This document shows, in pieces, positions 48,321 to 61,254 of a DNA stretch of 64,000 nt. Source of the DNA: Octopus vulgaris. Its lineage: Eukaryota. The translations under genes and the position numbers were made by a program. How positions within the stretch are numbered: the first letter of the stretch is position 1; each line of letters starts with the position of its first letter. The notes beneath the pieces were generated by a model that saw nothing but the letters and a program-made list of their open reading frames with translations, was not told where the DNA came from and did not search any database. Location of the stretch: contig OX597840.1 in the NCBI GenBank assembly GCA_951406725.2, forward strand, positions 14,136,001 to 14,200,000, written 5' to 3'.

Positions 48321-49813
48321 GTTTATGGCAATAGACTTCTATCTTCTGACAGAGTTGACAAAGATTCATCCTCTTGTTATTAGAAAGCCAGATCCTGCCT
48401 GTCTGCAACAATATCTTTGATGTCTCTGACACATTTCTTCCTATATTCTCAACGTTTCAAAGAAGTTCTTTGTCAACCTGAAGCAATAAAATTCTTTTAA
48501 AAACTCAGAAAAGGTTAATCCTTTTCAAGTTGTAGAGGAGTAATGTGTCTACTACTACAATGCCTGCTATGGTGCAAGTTGGTACCAGGGTGGTGCCACT
48601 ACAACACTACGCAAAAGCCACCTCATTTCTCTGTTCTGCATTGTACGTGGAACAGAGAGAAAAGTTGACCACATGAAGAAAGTAGACTCTTATTTCCTTT
48701 CTGCATTGTTGTGGCTTTCATTCTTCTCCTTGCTCTAAAATAAGCTCTCCATTTGTACAGCACAAGGGTAGAATGGTTTCTTAATTTGGTGGTGGCTGTT
48801 TGGATGCTGCATGGGTAAATGGTTAAGACATTCACTTTGCAATTACAAAGTCCCAGGTTCAATCCCACTGCATAACATTTTGGACAAGTGTTTTTGACTA
48901 CAACCTTGGGTGAGTGAAATTGGATAAATGGATATTGTGTGGAAGCCTGTTGGATGAATTCTACCTGGAATTCAATCGCCTTGATTTGTCAGCGTTGCAA
49001 TGATTCTGTTTGAGAATTGTGTTAAGGAGACTTGTATCTATGGAATACTCAACCATTTACTTGTTAATTAGTTATTGTTTCCTTTCTTGTTGTTGCTGTT
49101 GTTGTTAACACTATTTAACCCCACATCACCCCCAAACCAAGCAAACTAATGATTAAATACATCATGTCTTGTCTTTTTGTGTATCTTGAGACATCTTTGT
49201 AACCAATGCATCTGACTGCTATTTCTCAAAGGTAAACCAGTCACGTCCAGGCTCCCATGTTATTTCATTCATGTTGTTGTTGTTGCTATTGTTGTTAATG
49301 ATATTTAATCTCAGCTCAGCGTTAAGTCAGTGGTCCTGTCATTACAACCATGACCACACCTCCTGTTTCTTTGATATCACCAATTTAGACATATTTTCAA
49401 TGTGTCATTTTATTTTTAAAGATGGTTCTGTGTCATTAAAGAAATTAAGCTGCTATTTCTAGCAACGCAAACAACCCTATAGAGGTCTCCTTGTCGCTAA
49501 ATTTTTGAGTAAGCCGTGGTTAAATTAATTATGTAATTACACACTTCACTTTTTGATGATTCTTTAATTTACACCCAAATTCCCCCGATACATTTTAATG
49601 TAATCTACACCACGGCAGTCTAACTCATCTTTCCTCTCTCTTCCCTTTTTAAAATGGCGGTGCCCCAGCATGGCCACAGCTCATGAGCTGAAACTAGAAT
49701 CAATCAATCATACACACTCAATACACATGCAAAGATCATGCTTATACAGAATAAAGTAAATACACATGCCCATCCATCCATCTACCCACATTTGCATATA
49801 TACATTCACATAT

Positions 49814-49846
<33 letters not shown>

Positions 49847-49848
<2 letters not shown>

Positions 49849-50365
49849 TCAACAATATAAGGAATGGCCATAATAGGACATTCGAGTCACTAGAAAGAGC
49901 AGCCAAACTCAAACTGCTAATAATTGTAATTCTGAAATTGAAAGAGAAATAAAAACGTTTACCCCTTTCATCTCTGAAATTTTGAAAATTTAGAGCATAT
50001 AGACTGGAGGCTTCCTTACCATCGCCTCGTGGATATATACTCGTCCTAGGCTTCTCCGCTGACGAGGCACGCCAGTTGTAAATAAATTTAATTTAATTTA
50101 ATTAATTTGTTTACCAAAGTTTGCCGAAACTATGCATAGTCCAGAGATGAAAGGGGTAAACGTTTTTATTTCTCTTTCAATTTCAGAATTACAATTATTA
50201 GCGGTTTGAGTTTGGCTGCTCTTTCTAGTGAGTCGAATGTCCTATTATGGCCATTCCTTATATTGTTGAATGTATATTATGTAGTCTTTGACTATCTTTT
50301 CTTTCTCGCTAGATTGCTGGTAGCGGAGAATTCTTTCTAGAATTTTTTGCTACCCTTATATTTAT
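49847..50365 (+). mobile_element. PLE pseudo-LTR fold-back with 130-bp arms enclosing a hammerhead
   Basis: Arms 49847-49976 and 50142-50271 with 2 mismatches; (TA)n on both sides. Confidence 0.85.
50053..50147 (+). ncRNA. Type I hammerhead ribozyme, intact core
   Basis: tctccg CTGACGA ggca...tgcc GAAAC tat gc ata GTC^cagaga; palindromic stem III actatgcatagt; stem I has one mismatch. Confidence 0.85.
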
Positions 50366-50635
50366 TATATATATATATATATTATAAATCTGAAATGCGA
50401 AAAATTTGTTTGTCTGGTTTTGGCGGGTTTAATGGCACTACATCCCGTCGGATTCACTCCAAAATGTACAGGGACATGTAAAAAGAGGCGAGGATGTTAG
50501 TGAGCTAGGTTAGAAATCCCTATCTCTGAAACACCAGCATTAATCTGTGACATCATGTGGTCTTTCTTGACCAGTTACAGGCTAACTTCCAGTAATAAAC
50601 AGTGGCTTTCTCCTATTGACATCTCATTCTAATTC

Positions 50636-50764
50636 CAATGGCTGAAGACTAGCATCACATTTGAAACTTAAAGTACCAGGAATTTGAATCAAACTGTTTG
50701 CTCTATGCATGTAACTCATAATAAATGTGCTGAGTGCCCTTCTTTCATTTGTCCGCTCACTCGT
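50636..50764 (+). mobile_element. PLE pseudo-LTR family H2 with hammerhead at 50639-50678
   Basis: tgg CTGAAGA ctagcatcacattt GAAAC tt a aa GTA cca; stem II decayed; homolog of 10720-10848. Confidence 0.7.
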
Positions 50765-50825
50765 ACAGTTACTCCAGGCTCTGTTGAGCACCATTCACAA
50801 ACCAACAGTTTGCAATATATATCTA

Positions 50826-51205
50826 AGGCAGCGAACTGGCAGAAACATTAGCGCGCTGGGCGAAATGCTTAGTGGTATTTCATCTGTCTTTACGTTCTGA
50901 GTTCAAATTCCTCTGAGGTCGACTTTGCCTTTCATCCTTTCGGGGTCGATAAATTAAGTACCAGTTATGCACTGGGGTCAATGTAATCAACTTAATCCGT
51001 TTGTCTGTCCTTGTTTGTCCCCTCTGTGTTTAGCCCCTTGTGGGTAGTAAAGAAATAGGCATTTCATCTGTTTTTACATTCGAAGTTCAAGATCAACTTT
51101 GTCTTTCATCCTTTCGGGGTCAATAAGTTAAGAATCAGTTGTTGATCTAATCAACTGGCCCTTTCCCCAAAAAATTTCGGGTCTTGTGTCTAGAGTAGAA
51201 AAGAA
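50826..51205 (+). mobile_element. SINE family B, dimeric arrangement
   Basis: Full monomer, then aaagaaata|ggcatttc and a second partial monomer. Confidence 0.85.
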
Positions 51206-51281
51206 TATATATGTGCATATATATATATATACACACACACATAGATATATGCATATATATATATATATACACATAGATATA

Positions 51282-51325
<44 letters not shown>

Positions 51326-51347
51326 CAACAAGGATATCCAGAGGTAA

Positions 51348-51437
51348 TGCAGTACGATGATCGTTTCATGCAACTCCATTTAATTGATCAATGCAATCAT
51401 TACATCAATTTAATATGTAGAGCAATCTTCAGCTGCA
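51348..51437 (-). ncRNA. Type I hammerhead ribozyme, intact core
   Basis: tgcag CTGAAGA t tgc...gca t GAAAC gat c atc GTA^ctgca; perfect 5-bp stem I, near-palindromic stem III. Confidence 0.8.
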
Positions 51438-51553
51438 CAAAGACATGGAATTTAATTAAATTAGAACAGATGGACACATTAGAGTAATTATGCCTAAAAT
51501 CTCCAATAAGTTAAGGAGATAGACAAAGACCATGTTGTACCTACAGCATCATA

Positions 51554-51595
<42 letters not shown>

Positions 51596-52359
51596 GTATA
51601 TATACAGAGATGGACACAGGCACACACACACATACACATTTACATGCATAAGTAGACTCATGCATACATGAACATACATATACCCATACAGACTTATGTA
51701 TAACACTGAATATATTGTAGGCCACAGTTTCACACCAAGGTCACTGAAATTTTACAATATGACAATATCTTTTCTATGGAAAGGTCATGGGATCTAGAAT
51801 ATTCACTGAAAAGCAAAACTAAGAACAATGCATAACTGCAAGCAAACCATTATCGATTACACAAGTAATTCATTTAGGATAATTATTGAAACGAGAACAG
51901 TATTTTGGGAAAATGCATGTCTTCTGAGAAAATTTTATTAAAAAAATTTAGGAATAAAATTAAATTTTAGATTCTGCGTTTTTCACACATTTTAATGTAG
52001 TTCAACTTGAACCATATTCTGAAGGAAGCATTTCTGAAAGAACCACCACTCCTGGAAGAACTAAAGTTTAAATTATCAGTATCATCTTTTTAAAGGAATT
52101 TATCCAAAATATTGTGAATTCATATATGAATTTATTTAAGGTATTAACAAACCTGGGTAAATCCAGTATGGTTGTTGTATATCTTCATTGTCAATTTACA
52201 TGTATTTTGCATGATATATGTTTATATGTTTGAGTGTATGAATAGGAGAAACTGCACTCAGTACAGGTAGTAGAGCTGATACTTCAATCCTTCAATTCAC
52301 TGCTTCATTAGGTTTCTCATTTGCAGATTTTCATTCAGGTGCAAGGATAGTTTAATGAA

Positions 52360-52396
<37 letters not shown>

Positions 52397-52399
52397 AAA

Positions 52400-52730
52400 T
52401 TATTCTGTCGGTTACTATTAGAGGAGTTCCAGTTGTTCTGATCAACAGAGCAGCATGCTTGTGAAATCAACATGTAAGTGACTGAGTACTCCACAGACAC
52501 ACATAACCATAACATATTTTTCAGAGATTCAGCATGACACAGAATAGGACAAGGCCGGCCCTTTGAGTTACAAGTACAACTTATTTTAGCCAGCTGAGTG
52601 GACTGGAGCAATATGAGGTAAAGTGTCTTGCTCAAGGACAGAACTTGAACACTGGACTCCGCCAGGAATCGAAATCATGATCTTATGACCATGAGCCAAG
52701 TATCCTAACCACTAAGCCACATGTCTTCCT
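52400..52730 (-). mobile_element. SINE family D head with family C-type tail
   Basis: Homologous to 9860-10170. Confidence 0.8.
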
Positions 52731-52794
52731 TATATATATATACATGTATATGTGTGTGCACATATAAATATAGATGTTGGTGTGTGTGTGAGTG

Positions 52795-52831
<37 letters not shown>

Positions 52832-53113
52832 GCTTTCCATATGTCTTAACATTTTTTATTGTTATATATATATTTTTTTCCTTTTTAATGGTGTGAATGT
52901 GTATGTGTGTGAGCATATGTATATATATGTGTTTACATATGTACATATATGTATATGCAGGAGTGTGAATGTATGCCTATATATATATATATAGAGAGAG
53001 AGAAATTCGGGGTGAGTACTTGATAATTATAAGCACCTGTGTATACCGTTTGGTGGTGTAGGTGGTGGAGTAAATTGATCAAAATAAAGTAAAAACATGA
53101 TGCGAAGGATTCA

Positions 53114-53191
53114 GCGGTACATATGTTTCGGGCTTTTATTAGACAGATTTATAACAATGCATAATGTATGTCTGTGGCCTTCTTCAGCCGC
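53114..53191 (-). ncRNA. Type I hammerhead ribozyme, intact core
   Basis: gcgg CTGAAGA aggc...gccc GAAAC atat GTA^ccgc; palindromic stem III acatatgt. Confidence 0.8.
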
Positions 53192-55074
53192 GCACAACAG
53201 CTTCCACAAGGACATGTGTTACATCAAAAATTCTTGGTTGGGGATGCAAATCCTCTCATTCGCGTACGACATAATGCGGCAGCAGCATAGAATTGAAGCA
53301 TCCATCTCTTTCTTCTCTCAATGTAGAATGAGGAAAATTGGATGTTGAGGTAATGTAAATAAATAAATACATATATAGAGGTGAAGATGGAGGGGCGAGA
53401 GTTCGGGACGAGGGATAAAAAATGTATAAAAAGTGTAAGTATAGAATAATATAAAAATAATATAAAAATGTAGAGGATAAAGATATAAAGAGTTATAAGG
53501 AGATGAAAAGGGGGTATAAAGAAATATAAAGAAATATAAATAAATGTAAAGGCATAAGGTTATAAAGTAAAAATAGAAATAGAAATAAAAGTAAAAAAAC
53601 CTGATACAAACATGATAAAAGTGTAAAAGAATGTAAAGATAAGGGATGTATGGAGGTTACGGACCAAGCATGGTGGTCAGGAGATTGATAAAATTTAGTT
53701 GTAGAATTGTCAGTAAATCAACAGTTTCGTCTGGGGACCTAATGTGTTGTAAATCAGAGCTGATGAGCATTTAATCTGGTTCCTTGAATTAAATGGACTT
53801 CTAGTACATACATATCATCATGGATACATACACCCACATACACGCGTACATATACGCCTCCAAGCCTATAAGCATACACACGCACTCGCGTGTAAACATG
53901 TACATAAACACACACGCACGCTCGTACACACACATACATACAACAGAATATCCGCATGTATACACAGACACTATACGCGTACACACTCACATGTACATAC
54001 GCGCGCCTCTCCCTACATACACACACGTATATGCCCACGCCTCTAGGTCTAGGTATAAGATATTAAAGGATGTGTATAAGAACGTATGTAAAGAATCCCG
54101 TACTCATGTCTATACGTGCACGCACACACGGCTGTGTGTCCGTATGTGCGTGCACATATACACTCATATACACACACAGAGACACACGCGCACATGGGTA
54201 TAGCTATAAGATATCGAAGTATGCATGTACATATATGCGCGTGCATATGTATGTATGCGTATACACACGTACGCGGACGCTCGTATAGTCAAAAAGTGGA
54301 TCCATAGGTAAGTAAATAAACATATATAGAGGTGTAAAGCGATAAGTTAGGGGTAAGAATGAGGGTAAGGGTAAAGATTAGAAATAAAAAATACAGTATA
54401 AAATAAGAAATACAATGTAATAGTTAGAAATGAAATATAAGAATTATAAAAATTATAAGAGTTAAGGTAAGGGATGAAAATAAAAATGAGAATAAATGGA
54501 AGTAGAATAAAAGTAAAAATAAAATTAAAAATAAAAATAAATGGAAGTAGGATAAAAGTAAAAATAAAAGTAAAAATAAAATAAAATAAGATAAAAATAT
54601 AATTTGGTAAATTTTAACATGAGATGAAGGTGGTTGAAATTTAGAGGTGTGTGTTAAACGTAGGGGCGGGCGGGGGGAACTGGAAATTGGAAGGGTGGGA
54701 AGTGGAGTTTGGCGGTGTGCGTTCAACATCCAAGTTAGAAATGTGAAAGGGTATAGATATAGGGAATTAAAGAGACTATATAGGGAGGATATGGGTGTAG
54801 GAGAAGAAATATTTAGGGAAAAGAAGTCATATATGGGAGACAAAATTTGTATATATAGGAGGAAAATGCAGGGAACCGTATATGCATATACACACACCCA
54901 CACACACACACACACACACACGCACATGTATATATATATATATGTACACATACGTACACGTATGTGCACACACATACACACACACACACACATACACATA
55001 TACACGCACATATAGGAAAGTGGGATGTGCTGGAGCCGACAGGTTGCACCGGGTGGGAGGAAATTGCATGGGGG

Positions 55075-56318
55075 AGTTGGTATAAGACCTAAGCTTTTGT
55101 AGTATTTGAAAGTATTAATAAGTTTATGTATACAGGATGGTTTGAACTCTGACCTTTTGTTAATAAGATTGTGTTTGTCTTTGAATTTCAAGATGTTCAG
55201 GAGTTCTACACAACATAGTTGGCATCCTGCTCTATTATTTAAATAAGGTGCAGCTGATCCGATGATGGACCATCTAAGTTTGAAGCCTATGCATTTGTCT
55301 TTTAATTCCCAAATTCTTTTAGAGAGGGAGGTGCTGTTAGCCTTATGTCTGTGTCTCAGCGAGGACCGGTGGTTGTAGTATCTGGATTTCCAGGAGGTTG
55401 AGCAACCAATATAGGTGAGTGTGTTAAACTGAGTACTCACCTCACATGAGTATATTACGTTTTTCGCCCTACATGCGCCCTGCAGCGGGCACTCTGATGC
55501 ACATCTGCAGTTGCATTGCATTGCATTATTCGGTCGTGTACTGCTAATCCCAGGCGGAGGTGTTGCAATACGAGTGGGGGCGTTGGTATCCTCCTGGTTG
55601 TTGATGGGTGTAGTATTTCCTCTGTTGTGTTGGCGGGTGTTATTACTAACTGTTTGGGTAGTATGGCTGCCAGTCTGGTTATATTGTCTACTGTCTAGAT
55701 GAGGGGGTTCTGTTGGTCGCTATGGTTTGCTCTTGATCTAGCTGTTCTAATATTAATATAGTTATGTTTAGCTATGAGGCAGCTCATGTTGGGCAGGGTA
55801 GAGTAGGAAATCCTAATAGTTTTGTTGGAGAAGATACTTCTATACTTGTGGGTGGGTGGGAAGTTGTTGGAAATTATAGAGAATATTCTCTTACATAACT
55901 TACCCCTAACTGCTAAGTTGAAAGGTATGTTGAACCATATATATTTGCGTAATCTACTATTATCCCTTCTATTTCTCCTAATAGGATCTATATTGCTCTC
56001 GTCGGGAGGGTTACTATTGTGTGCTATTCTATTAGTTCGCCTATTTCCTATACGTTGTTTGGAGTTTAAATTAGAATTATCGCTAGTGTGAGTTGAGTGC
56101 TGAGTTCGATTATAATTGGGAGTCTTATGGCCGACGGGCGCTCCCGGGTGGTCTACATATGATATTCTCTGGTTATACCCGGCACTATAGAGAGCCTGGT
56201 TGTAGTGTTGTGCATGATTATTGAAAATTTCTCTATTAGAGGATAGTTTTGTCAGTCTGTCTGAGATGGCTTGGACCGTGGTGCTAATTATACAGGGTGG
56301 ATGGTTGGAAGAGGTATG

Positions 56319-56321
<3 letters not shown>
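55075..56321 (-). pseudogene. PLE polyprotein fragment: RT thumb, linker, Cys-rich motif and GIY-YIG endonuclease; one frameshift near 55703-55707
   Basis: YIHTSSNHPP...RLTKLSSN...YNQALYSAGY...IWFNIPFN...ISYSTLPN, then CNCRCASECPLQGAC...NVIY...TYIG...RYYNH...LSKRIWELK...CQLCCVE...LINKRSE...CIH; the two open frames overlap at 55698-55719. Confidence 0.92.
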
Positions 56322-56360
<39 letters not shown>

Positions 56361-56410
56361 CAAGCATACACCTATGTCTATAGGAGGATGAAGCTGTCTG
56401 CACATATGTG

Positions 56411-56496
<86 letters not shown>

Positions 56497-56923
56497 CATG
56501 TGTGTGTGTGGATATGTGTGTATGTGTGAGTACGTACATGCACATATGTGTTTGTGTGTGTATGTGCATGTACATATACATGCTTGTGTGAGTGTGTATG
56601 TATGTAGATTTTATGAACGCAGGAAGTGTTTATGTCTATGTATTGTGATAATATGGTTGTGTGTATTTTTTATCTTTTTTCTTTTTTTCTTTTACTACCT
56701 ATTAGAGAGTAACTTCCCTTTTATTCAACAGTTTATTATGGCATCTATTGCCATTAATAGCCAAGGAGAATGCACTGTAGCTCTTAGCTCCAGCATTTGA
56801 AACTCTGAGTACTATTATAACTTACTGATTATCCTAACTTATATATATATACTTCCCTAGTTACCTAAGTCTGAGGTTTCATTCTTCTGTTATCACTTAT
56901 TATTATTATTATTATTATTATAT

Positions 56924-56957
<34 letters not shown>

Positions 56958-56974
56958 AGAGACAGAGAGAGAAA

Positions 56975-57150
56975 GCAAAATAACAAAAAGGATGTAGCAC
57001 AAGTAGTGTATTAATAAGTCACTTGGAGAAAGAAAAGAGTAGTTGTTTTATATTTCAAGCATAGCTCTTCATCAAAAGCAGGAAAGTCGAAAGGGAAAGA
57101 AGGGAGAGGGAGGAACAAAGTCGCCTATAATGCACACATGCAGTTACTGT
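56975..57150 (-). mobile_element. PLE pseudo-LTR fragment H1-like, decayed hammerhead
   Basis: Minus strand: ttgatga a gagc tat gctt gaaat. Confidence 0.55.
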
Positions 57151-57468
57151 GAATGTTGATAACAAGTGGCTGAGAGGAGAGTAAGTGATAACTGACAAAA
57201 CAGATGAGCGGTTATAAGATGCACTGCTAAGTACTTCCATCTTTAGCTTCACTGGTAAATGTGAAAAATGGGAATGAGGATGATGATGAAGATGAGGGCA
57301 AATGATAGAGTTGTCTATAAAGGGGTTGAGAGACAATAGATGTAGATCTGGCAAGGATGCATGGATGCCCTTCCTAATGCCAACCACTTCAAAGACTGTA
57401 CCGTGGCACTATCTACTTACCTACATACCTGTCTGTCAGTCTGGCTGTCTGCTTTACAGCTTCAAGAG

Positions 57469-58034
57469 CAGTGGTTCTTGAACTTTTCAAAAGATTTCAT
57501 GTCCTGGTCCCCTTACAGAGTTTTCAATGATTCATGGTCCCCTATAAAATACAGGATAATCAACATGGAAAAAATGACGTGTGTACTGTAATTTCTGGAT
57601 TATGAACCATGCTGCCCATAGACCCGCAACCCCGAAAACCATAGTTTAATCCAGGCAATGCCTTATTGGGATACAAGAAATGCACATGAAAATATAGGGA
57701 ATCATTTGATCAGTTGGTTACAAAACAAATGAGAAATGAGAAGTACCGATAGCACATGCACAATCAACCATTATAACTGCATATTCACTGTTGGCCAATC
57801 ACACATGTTGTACAACATGTGGGATTAGTAAATAAGTGTGTAGGAGTGGTTTGGGTTTTTGAGGCCAATGAGAAAAAGGATGATAGCATGCGAAAAATTG
57901 AAAGTCTTGAAATTTTTAAGCTTAACTGTCTCAACCCACCCCATTTTCATGATACTTCAGCATCCCTTTGCGGTCCCTCTAAAATCACTTCACAGTTCCC
58001 TAGGAGACTGCAGACCCCAGTTCAAGAACCACTG
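57469..58034. mobile_element. hAT MITE with perfect 16-bp TIRs and perfect 8-bp TSD
   Basis: TTCAAGAG|cagtggttcttgaact ... agttcaagaaccactg|TTCAAGAG. Confidence 0.93.
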
Positions 58035-59566
58035 TTCAAGAGGGCCTTGGCTTTTATACTAACCACCTAAACCCTAACTTTAACATCACTCATTCACAGT
58101 TAAACTCACCCACACCTGGACTCACCCCACTTCATTCTACCAGTTACTTCCTAAAGCATGAACGATTCTATAGATTAACTTTAAAAAATGATACGTGGAT
58201 GTACAATTCCACTGCACAAAAGAACATCACCATAACACGAACATATGAATAATATTAGAGGAACACTACAAGAATAGGTTCAAATACTTTCTTGTATGCA
58301 GTCACAGCTTCCATACTTTTTAAAACATTTTTAGCATGTTAAATAAATATGCATAGAAATGTGTGAGTGGGCCGCATACAATTATGTGTATGCGTATATG
58401 TAAGTACACATGTATGTGCATATATGCATATTCAAAACTGGATGTGTATATCAATATGTAAACGTATGTATGTCTTTGCATAATCAGGAACCGGTATATT
58501 ATTTTGTGTGTGCTATTGTCTAATCTCTAAATTCAGGTTTCTCTCTATAGGTTCAAAGATTATTTCTGGAAGCCATTTTGGTTTTTGGGTTACATTTTCC
58601 TTTTTCTTTTTTTTTTCCACCCTCAATTCTCATCCTCTGAAAAATTATGCAACTCTACCCAACCCCCTACCCACTTTCTCTTTCTCTCTCATGCCTTTTG
58701 TAATGGGTATGTTGTGTGTGTGTGTGAGCACATGTATCTGTATGTTGTGTGTGTATACATATCTATATATACATGTATACACATATGTATGTATGTATGT
58801 ATGTGTATATATGAGTGTGTGTGAGCACGTATATATGTGTGTGTGCATATGTATGTGTGTGCATATGTATGTGTGTGCATATGTATGTATGAGCGCATGT
58901 ATGTGTGTTTATATATGTATTAGTACATGTATGTGTTTGTATATACGTGTAAATATATGTGAGTGTTTGCATGTGTATGTGCGAGCACATGTATGTATGT
59001 GTGTGCCTATATACACACGCATATATATACATAACAGTAAAGTTGTAAGGTATATTTGTATGTATGAATATATATGTGTGTGTTTATATATTATTATTAT
59101 ATTTTGTATTTTACGTTGCTTTTAAAATTCTGTTTTAATACACATGTAGCATCCAAAGCAGTAACATTTCTAGATTTACATATACATGTGTGTGTTTGTA
59201 TTAATTGCTTGGTTTATCTGTGTGAACAAACTTATTTTTATGCTGAGATGCATGCATGTGTGTGTATACATATATGTACAGGTATGTCTGTATGTATGCG
59301 TGTGTGTGTACATCTGTGCATGTCACTGCACATATATACATATGCATATACAGGTGCGTGAATGTATACATATTTCTGTAAATTCATTCAAATATGTTAG
59401 TGTTTCTTATGTAGTTTACTATATGTTTGTATGTATGTATGTGTATATTTAAAGGGAAAGTTTACAAAAATAAACAAAAGACGAAGGCAGGTGGAGTACA
59501 AACAAACAAATGTATTAGTATAGCGCTCAGGAATAGAAAAGTCATATATATATATATGTATGTATG

Positions 59567-59615
<49 letters not shown>

Positions 59616-59786
59616 TTTGATATTATCTGGGTATTAACCTTATAGTATGCTTTCCAAAGCTCTACTTTGAATATTGGCTACCAAATGTTAGCAAAACCAG
59701 AAGGATGTCTCATGTTACTGAATGCACATGTGGAATTCTGCAAATATATAATTTGCAAGTATATTAATGTGTTGGTGTGTGTGCAA

Positions 59787-59817
<31 letters not shown>

Positions 59818-60277
59818 GAGAGAGAGAGAGAGAGAGAGATGTAGATACATACACACACATACAGATATAGATATATGTATATATCTATCTCTCTATCTAT
59901 ATGTATATGTATAATATATATGTATAATATATATATATAATATATATATATGTATATATATATACGTGTGTGTGTGTGTGTGTAAAATATGTATTATGTA
60001 TCTGTATATATATGTATAATATATATGTATATATATGTATAATATAAATATATATATATATATATATATAAAATCTTTTACTTGTTTCAGTCATTAGGCT
60101 GTGGCTTAATGAAGAATTTTCATTCGAATGGATCAACCCCAGTAGATATTGTTTTGTGCAGAGCCTGGCGCTTATTCTTTCTCTTTTGCCAAACCACTAC
60201 TTATATACATACTTACATACATGCATGCATGCATGCATGTATGTATGTATATATATATATGCCCATGTGTAAAAATT

Positions 60278-60507
60278 CGAGCGAGGTCGTTGCCAGTACC
60301 GCTTGAGTGGCCCCCGTGCCAGTGGCACGTAAAAGCACCCACTACACTCTCGGAGTGGTTGGTGTTAGGAACGGCATCTAGCTGTAGAACCTCTACCAGA
60401 TCAAGACTGGAGCTTGGTGCAGCTATCTAGTTCTCCAGCCCACAGTCAAACCGTCCAACCCATGTTAGCATGGAAAGCGGACGTTAAACGATGACGATGA
60501 TGATGAT
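60278..60507 (+). mobile_element. Family E retroposon
   Basis: cgtgccagtggcacgtaaaagcacc...catgttagcatggaaagcggacgttaaac(gat)n. Confidence 0.85.
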
Positions 60508-60840
60508 ATATATATATACACATGCACACACACACAGACACGCATACACACAATTGTGTTTTAGATATAATTGCGTTCTAATTTTATGTTGGTTGTGTTT
60601 ACCACCAGGCATTTGTTTACACTTCTCTCAAAGAGAAGATAATTACAACAAATCAAGATTTGATCTTGTATGATATTTCATAGACCTTTGTTTTACTTTC
60701 ATGTTCATTCTATTTGCCAAATGGGGTTATTTTTCTTAGTGTTTATTGTTGTTTTTTAAAAACAACATTATGTAAATTATCCTAGCCATAATTGTTTCCT
60801 ACTGTACTATCTCATTTGCTAGATTCAACATAAGACAACT

Positions 60841-60885
60841 GCTGTGCTGATGATGCCTATTGAGGTAGAAACTCATCTCTATAAC
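60841..60885 (+). ncRNA. Degenerate hammerhead motif
   Basis: gctgtg CTGATGA tgcct attg aggta GAAAC tcat ctc tataac; stem III and stem I decayed. Confidence 0.5.
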
Positions 60886-61220
60886 TGTCATTTTGTTTCA
60901 AGACAGTCAGACAGTCTTTACACACGCATGCACGAACAGAGAGACACACAGACTCACACACACACACATATGTGTATATAGATATATTCATACTTGAATG
61001 TAATAAAACTACAAATTATGCCTCCGCTCTTGAACACATGTATCCACAAAAGGTTGTATAATCTCCTTCAAAGATAATATATAAATTATAAGGTTTAGAT
61101 TTGATATCTACACACCCGATGACACATCTACATATACATGCAAATCTGTACCTATGTACTTAGATATATAGCTAGCTATATAAATAGATACATATAGATT
61201 TATATTTACATATGTATAAG

Positions 61221-61254
<34 letters not shown>

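Larger units (their letters stand above)
53003..56321 (-). mobile_element. Naiad-type Penelope-like retroelement, 5'-truncated, with long 3' region and hammerhead
   Basis: Coding relic at 55075-56321, then about 2 kb of T-rich and microsatellite-like 3' sequence and a same-strand hammerhead at 53114-53191; (TA)n at both ends. That the whole span is one element is inferred. Confidence 0.7.

Noticed and set aside
53759-53800. SECIS-like or hammerhead-like ctgATGAg-catttaat...attaaatg-gac hairpin in the Naiad 3' region
   Set aside because: Lies antisense to the element, the helix is too short and lacks apical AA, no GAAA follows, and the ORF has no in-frame TGA.
54424-55065. C-terminal extension of the 365-aa ORF with apparent transmembrane segment
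   Set aside because: Read-through into microsatellite and T-rich 3' UTR; not credible protein sequence.
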